This document shows, one piece after another, positions 60,082-64,000 of a stretch of DNA of 64,000 nt (the first letter of the stretch is position 1; every line of letters begins with the position of its first letter). The notes under the pieces were generated by a model. That model worked only from the letters and a program-made list of their open reading frames with translations. It did no database searches and had not been told where the DNA came from. This DNA is from an uncultured Nitrospiraceae bacterium. GTDB lineage: Bacteria; Nitrospirota; Thermodesulfovibrionia; Thermodesulfovibrionales; UBA6898. The position numbers were made by a program, and so were the translations under genes. The stretch lies in the NCBI GenBank assembly GCA_963811165.1, contig CAWEQH010000010.1:832001-896000 (forward strand), given 5' to 3'.

Positions 60082-62136
60082 TCAAAAAAGTTTCCTCCTT
60101 ATATTAATGTAAAAATACGTATAATTTGCTTTCTCGTTGCCAAAGGTAGACCTCGTCTCTTTTCTGCTGATATCCGCGCCCATCTTGAGATCGAAGATCT
60201 TGGGTCTCCTCCAGATGACGGAACTGTTGAGCGAATATGTCGCTGAGGTAAATATGCCGCTTTGCTGCTCGTAGGTGCCGGCCAGAGAAAGAGTGATATT
60301 CCTGTGCGGGAAGCGTTTATCAAACCGTACAATTCCGGAGAAACTCCGTTCTCTGTTCGTGATATTTGCCGTTCCTTGCACCTGGCCGTATGAAGCAAGC
60401 GTAAAGTTGGCGCTCGCCGACAGTTTCGCGGTTTCAGTAATGTCCCGCTGCATATTTGCCAGGGCCCTGAACGTTTTGGAGGGATTCAGATTCGATTGAA
60501 AATTCTCATACTCCACCGAAAGAGAATACCAGGGTCTTTCGCTCGAGATGCCAAAGATATCATCGCTGCTCTTTTCAGGTCCTCCCGGGATAGAACCCGA
60601 GGTGATCGTCTGTGTCACTCCGATATGAGAAGAGTAAACACTGAGGAGCCTTTCAAAAAACTGGAGTCTCAGGGAATATCCGACGCTCGTCGACTCCAAC
60701 CCGAAGACGGCAGAGATAAGAGAATAAGAAACATTGAACTCGTACACAAACTGCGGATCAGGCCTTAACGCTTCGGCCGGGATCGCTATAATTTGTATCT
60801 GGACGGTGTTGCCGATTAATACGACTGTATAGTTGATATTTTGGACGAGGTCTATAACGACGTTGCCGGGATCGGACCTGACTGTAATGCTGATGGAAGA
60901 CAGGTCGATATTGGCGTTTTGGATCTTGAATTGTCCGAACAACGCGGCACTATGGACTTCGTTCACCGTGGAGGGCGCCCCTTTTCCGTCCACCGTCGAG
61001 AGGCCCAGGTTGACCGTCGCTATCATCTGCCCTTTGGGAATATTGTTCGTGTAGGTACTGTTGAAGAAATGAGAAACTGTCGTAAGGTCCCCGGTTGAGG
61101 ACGTATTCGTCAAATAATTGAAGCTATAGGCAGTGATCAGGCTCTCATAAAGCTTATGGGTGATGGTGGCACCCATCGAGTTGGTCGTCGAGCCTAACGA
61201 CGCGGATGGGCCTGCAGCGGCGTTCGACCCCACATCGTCCCTCATATAATGATAGGAAAGGTCCGCAGCGAAATTATAGGGAAGAATGACGCTCGCAAGT
61301 TCGTTCGCTGCGAGCCTCTTGTCGTTAAGGGCCGTCGATGACGCCGGATTCACTTGTTTGAGGTTGTCCGCATTGATATCGGAAGAGAGTCGAATTCTCC
61401 CTTTTAGGAGCGGCAGCTGGTTGCTGAAGGTAAAGTCGTCCTGGGTGCCATTTGTTGTCTGTAGCCCTCCAATCAGGTTTTCGGATGTCGTGTGGAAGTA
61501 AGTCCCCGAAAACGATGTCCAGCGGGGATGATAATTTGCGATTGCCCTGAGTGTGGAGGAGTCCGAGGTGACGGACTGAGATTCGGTGCTGGAGAGAGAA
61601 TAGTTGAGCACGACAAGGAAAGGCCTCTTTTTGTATTTGAACGTGACTCCTTCCTCGGTGCTTACCCCCTGGAACCCCGGCGTGGTGGTCCCGCGGATAT
61701 ATGGGTTGTGGCGCGAAGCGTTCAACTCAAGGGTGTTGGGATGCTCCGGCAAGACTACAGCCAACAGGTCATATTCCTCTGCAAGAGCAGTAGTCCACGA
61801 TCCATTCCCTGCGGAAGGTCCGGCGAAGCCGCTATCGGTCTTAAACATCTCATGGTTCAATCCAAGAGTCACGTCTGCAAGGAACTGGATAAATTGCGGA
61901 CGAAAAATGAACCCTGCAGTGCTGAGTTCGATCCTTTCCGTAAAAAAAATATCCGTGGTGTTCAGCCCTTGCGATGCTGAAGTATTCTTAAGCGAGTTGT
62001 AAAGGGCGCCGACTTGAAGCTCGCCCTCAACGCCGTACAGCCTCGGAACGAACTGGCGCATATCAGCAGGGGCAAACGAGGGAACTGCAAGAAATACCGT
62101 CAGCAGGAAGACAACGTATTTCAAGATCATTCTCAT
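60082..62136 (-). CDS. Putative outer-membrane beta-barrel protein
   Basis: Signal peptide, many amphipathic S/T/Y-rich strands, C-terminal YFYINIRRKLF; located among cytochromes. Confidence 0.7.
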   Translation of the reverse strand: MRMILKYVVFLLTVFLAVPSFAPADMRQFVPRLYGVEGELQVGALYNSLKNTSASQGLNTTDIFFTERIELSTAGFIFRPQFIQFLADVTLGLNHEMFKTDSGFAGPSAGNGSWTTALAEEYDLLAVVLPEHPNTLELNASRHNPYIRGTTTPGFQGVSTEEGVTFKYKKRPFLVVLNYSLSSTESQSVTSDSSTLRAIANYHPRWTSFSGTYFHTTSENLIGGLQTTNGTQDDFTFSNQLPLLKGRIRLSSDINADNLKQVNPASSTALNDKRLAANELASVILPYNFAADLSYHYMRDDVGSNAAAGPSASLGSTTNSMGATITHKLYESLITAYSFNYLTNTSSTGDLTTVSHFFNSTYTNNIPKGQMIATVNLGLSTVDGKGAPSTVNEVHSAALFGQFKIQNANIDLSSISITVRSDPGNVVIDLVQNINYTVVLIGNTVQIQIIAIPAEALRPDPQFVYEFNVSYSLISAVFGLESTSVGYSLRLQFFERLLSVYSSHIGVTQTITSGSIPGGPEKSSDDIFGISSERPWYSLSVEYENFQSNLNPSKTFRALANMQRDITETAKLSASANFTLASYGQVQGTANITNRERSFSGIVRFDKRFPHRNITLSLAGTYEQQSGIFTSATYSLNSSVIWRRPKIFDLKMGADISRKETRSTFGNEKANYTYFYINIRRKLF

Positions 62137-62194
62137 CGCCGCTATATAGCTCGTGTATCACTTTTCTGTTCTCGAAACAATTACTGTCCTCATT

Positions 62195-62713
62195 TCATTT
62201 CAGCAAATACTGTTGATCGGAACTATGGGCGTTGTGGCATTCCGTGCACTCCGCTTCAACACCTGCATGCGCCCCATTTCGTTCGATCGCACGCTTTTCA
62301 TGACAAAAAAGGCAAAACTGCTTCGGATCCGAAGAGAGGAGAAAACCATAGGTCGATCCATGCGGCTCGTGGCATACCCTGCAGCCTCCGGATGCCACTG
62401 GACCGTGGATATATTTCTTTCTTATATTCAGGTCATGGCACTTAAGGCAAAGCTCCTCAAGCGGCAGGAGAAGCGCGTTTGTCCCCCTCTCGTGGCACGC
62501 GTTACAAAGCCCTGCGGCGTAAGGACCGTGCGGTCTAAAGCCGGCCCTCTCGGCCAGAGCCGGTCCCGCCGGCTTTCCCTTGGCTTCTACTTTCTTCTCC
62601 TTTTCCGGCGGCGGCACGCCCATAAAGAAAAAATTCAACACCTTATATCTGGTTGCCGGCTCGCATCCGCATACGAGGGCGGAAATTAATAAAGAAAGTA
62701 CAATCAGTCGCAA
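62195..62713 (-). CDS. Pentaheme cytochrome c lipoprotein (doubled CXXCH type)
   Basis: Lipobox VCGC; CNACH, CLKCH, CRVCH, CLFCH and CTECH. Confidence 0.9.
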   Translation of the reverse strand: MRLIVLSLLISALVCGCEPATRYKVLNFFFMGVPPPEKEKKVEAKGKPAGPALAERAGFRPHGPYAAGLCNACHERGTNALLLPLEELCLKCHDLNIRKKYIHGPVASGGCRVCHEPHGSTYGFLLSSDPKQFCLFCHEKRAIERNGAHAGVEAECTECHNAHSSDQQYLLK

Positions 62714-62819
62714 TTGGTAGATCCATCGTGAGGCAAAGACAAAGGGTTCATGAGGACCTCTTTGAAATAGGGCGATGAGATCCTTTGCCGGATGCTAAAT
62801 CTCCCAATTTCCCCCTTCC

Positions 62820-63989
62820 TTATTTCCCTTTCTTCTCCTCTGGTTTCTCGCGTTTTTCCATCTCCGGCAGCGACTTGAGTTCTTCTTTGAGCAGCTTCAT
62901 CGCCTCTTCATCTGAGGGATATTTTTTTCCCTTCTCTTTCCCGAACCCGAAGACCTGCACCATCCGGTCCCCAAACTGATTGACGACGAACACGAGGTAT
63001 TCGACCTCGAAATTCGGGTCCGCATACTGCTGAAAATACTTCACGTTCTTGTAATCAACCGCTACCTTGGCAGGCAGATAGAACTCGCCGGGTAATCTTC
63101 CGGCCTTTCCGAAATGGCCGAACCAAAACAGCAGTTGTCCCTCGCCGGTAAAGAGCTGGACATTGTCAAACGCGGCGTCTACCACATAGAGACGGTTCTC
63201 CCTGTCCGTCGCCAGACCCTTCGGCCGGGCGAAGTGGCCCGGGCTTTGCCCGGCTTGCCCATACGCGCCTCTATTATGGCCGTCCCTGTCGAACTTGACG
63301 ACCTGAAATCTCTCATCATCGGACACATAAAGCATTCCGTCTTTATCGAAGGTAATATCGGTAGGCAGCCCGAGACTTTCGGAAGGGTTCTCTTTGTCCT
63401 TGCCGATCCGTTTGAGCTCCCTACCCGTTTTTTTGTCGAGCACCCAGATTACACCGTTCTTTATGTCGGACACATAGAGCTTGTCTTCAAAAGGCACGGC
63501 ATCCACCGGTCTCCAAGTTCCAGGCTTGCCGAATGCCTTGACAAAGCGGTCATCGCGATCAAAAACAGCCACCTGCAGTCTTACCGTGTCCGTAACATAC
63601 TTATTGCCTTCTTCATCGATTTCGATATTTATGGGTTGCAGGAGTCTTCCAGGACCTGTAGCCCCCTCCATAGGAGAATACGTCTTCTTGTCCAGATCAA
63701 AGACAAAAACAGTGCTGTTTGAGTCGCACACATAGATTTTCCCATACCAGAGGGCCACACCATAAGGCTTATCCAGTCTCTTGCCGCTCTCCTTCTCTCC
63801 CGTAAGATAGGCTTCGAATCCGCTCTTTTCGCCCTCTATGTCCTTTTCTCCGGTAAAGTTGGCAAGCCACTGCAGACGCGGAAGCTCCGGGGGAGGTGGA
63901 TAGAACAGTTTGACTTGTACCTTCTCGGGTGCAGCGCATCCGCTTAAAATAATTACGCATACCGCCATCGTGAATAATTCTCGTCTCAT
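62820..63989 (-). CDS. NHL-repeat beta-propeller lipoprotein
   Basis: Lipobox LSGC; YPPPPELPRLQ; NHL repeats (FARPKGLATD..LYVVD). Confidence 0.9.
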   Translation of the reverse strand: MRRELFTMAVCVIILSGCAAPEKVQVKLFYPPPPELPRLQWLANFTGEKDIEGEKSGFEAYLTGEKESGKRLDKPYGVALWYGKIYVCDSNSTVFVFDLDKKTYSPMEGATGPGRLLQPINIEIDEEGNKYVTDTVRLQVAVFDRDDRFVKAFGKPGTWRPVDAVPFEDKLYVSDIKNGVIWVLDKKTGRELKRIGKDKENPSESLGLPTDITFDKDGMLYVSDDERFQVVKFDRDGHNRGAYGQAGQSPGHFARPKGLATDRENRLYVVDAAFDNVQLFTGEGQLLFWFGHFGKAGRLPGEFYLPAKVAVDYKNVKYFQQYADPNFEVEYLVFVVNQFGDRMVQVFGFGKEKGKKYPSDEEAMKLLKEELKSLPEMEKREKPEEKKGK

Positions 63990-64000
63990 CTGTGTTCTCC

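Noticed and set aside
1..64000. CRISPR array, transposase, integrase or prophage
   Set aside because: No repeat-spacer periodicity or recognisable mobile-element proteins were seen.

Overview
Bacterial chromosomal window, inferred from gene content to be an anaerobic Nitrospirota (Thermodesulfovibrionia-like) or deltaproteobacterial genome; taxonomy cannot be confirmed here. 0-31 kb is mostly housekeeping (dapB, rubredoxin, scpB, crcB, lemA/TPM, cooC, argD, argF, rnj, uppP, ftsK, lolA, tsaD) plus an ATPase-antisigma/STAS/HD-GYP partner-switching module. 32.5-39.6 kb, next to tRNA-Ser(GGA), holds a candidate RiPP signalling circuit: an unannotated 33-aa Cys-Cys precursor (geopeptide-like), a radical SAM/SPASM maturase, a half-size MFS and a TonB-dependent receptor, with a divergent periplasmic binding protein and HAMP hybrid kinase. 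45-48 kb holds a kinase / receiver-HEPN / MotB-like operon. 50-64 kb is a large multiheme-cytochrome, beta-barrel, NHL and PPIase cluster, including two head-to-head paralogous surface cytochromes that share a perfect 73-bp inverted repeat. Other signals are palindromic elements lying in frame inside two genes, many apparently leaderless genes, and five single-base frameshifts that may be assembly errors.
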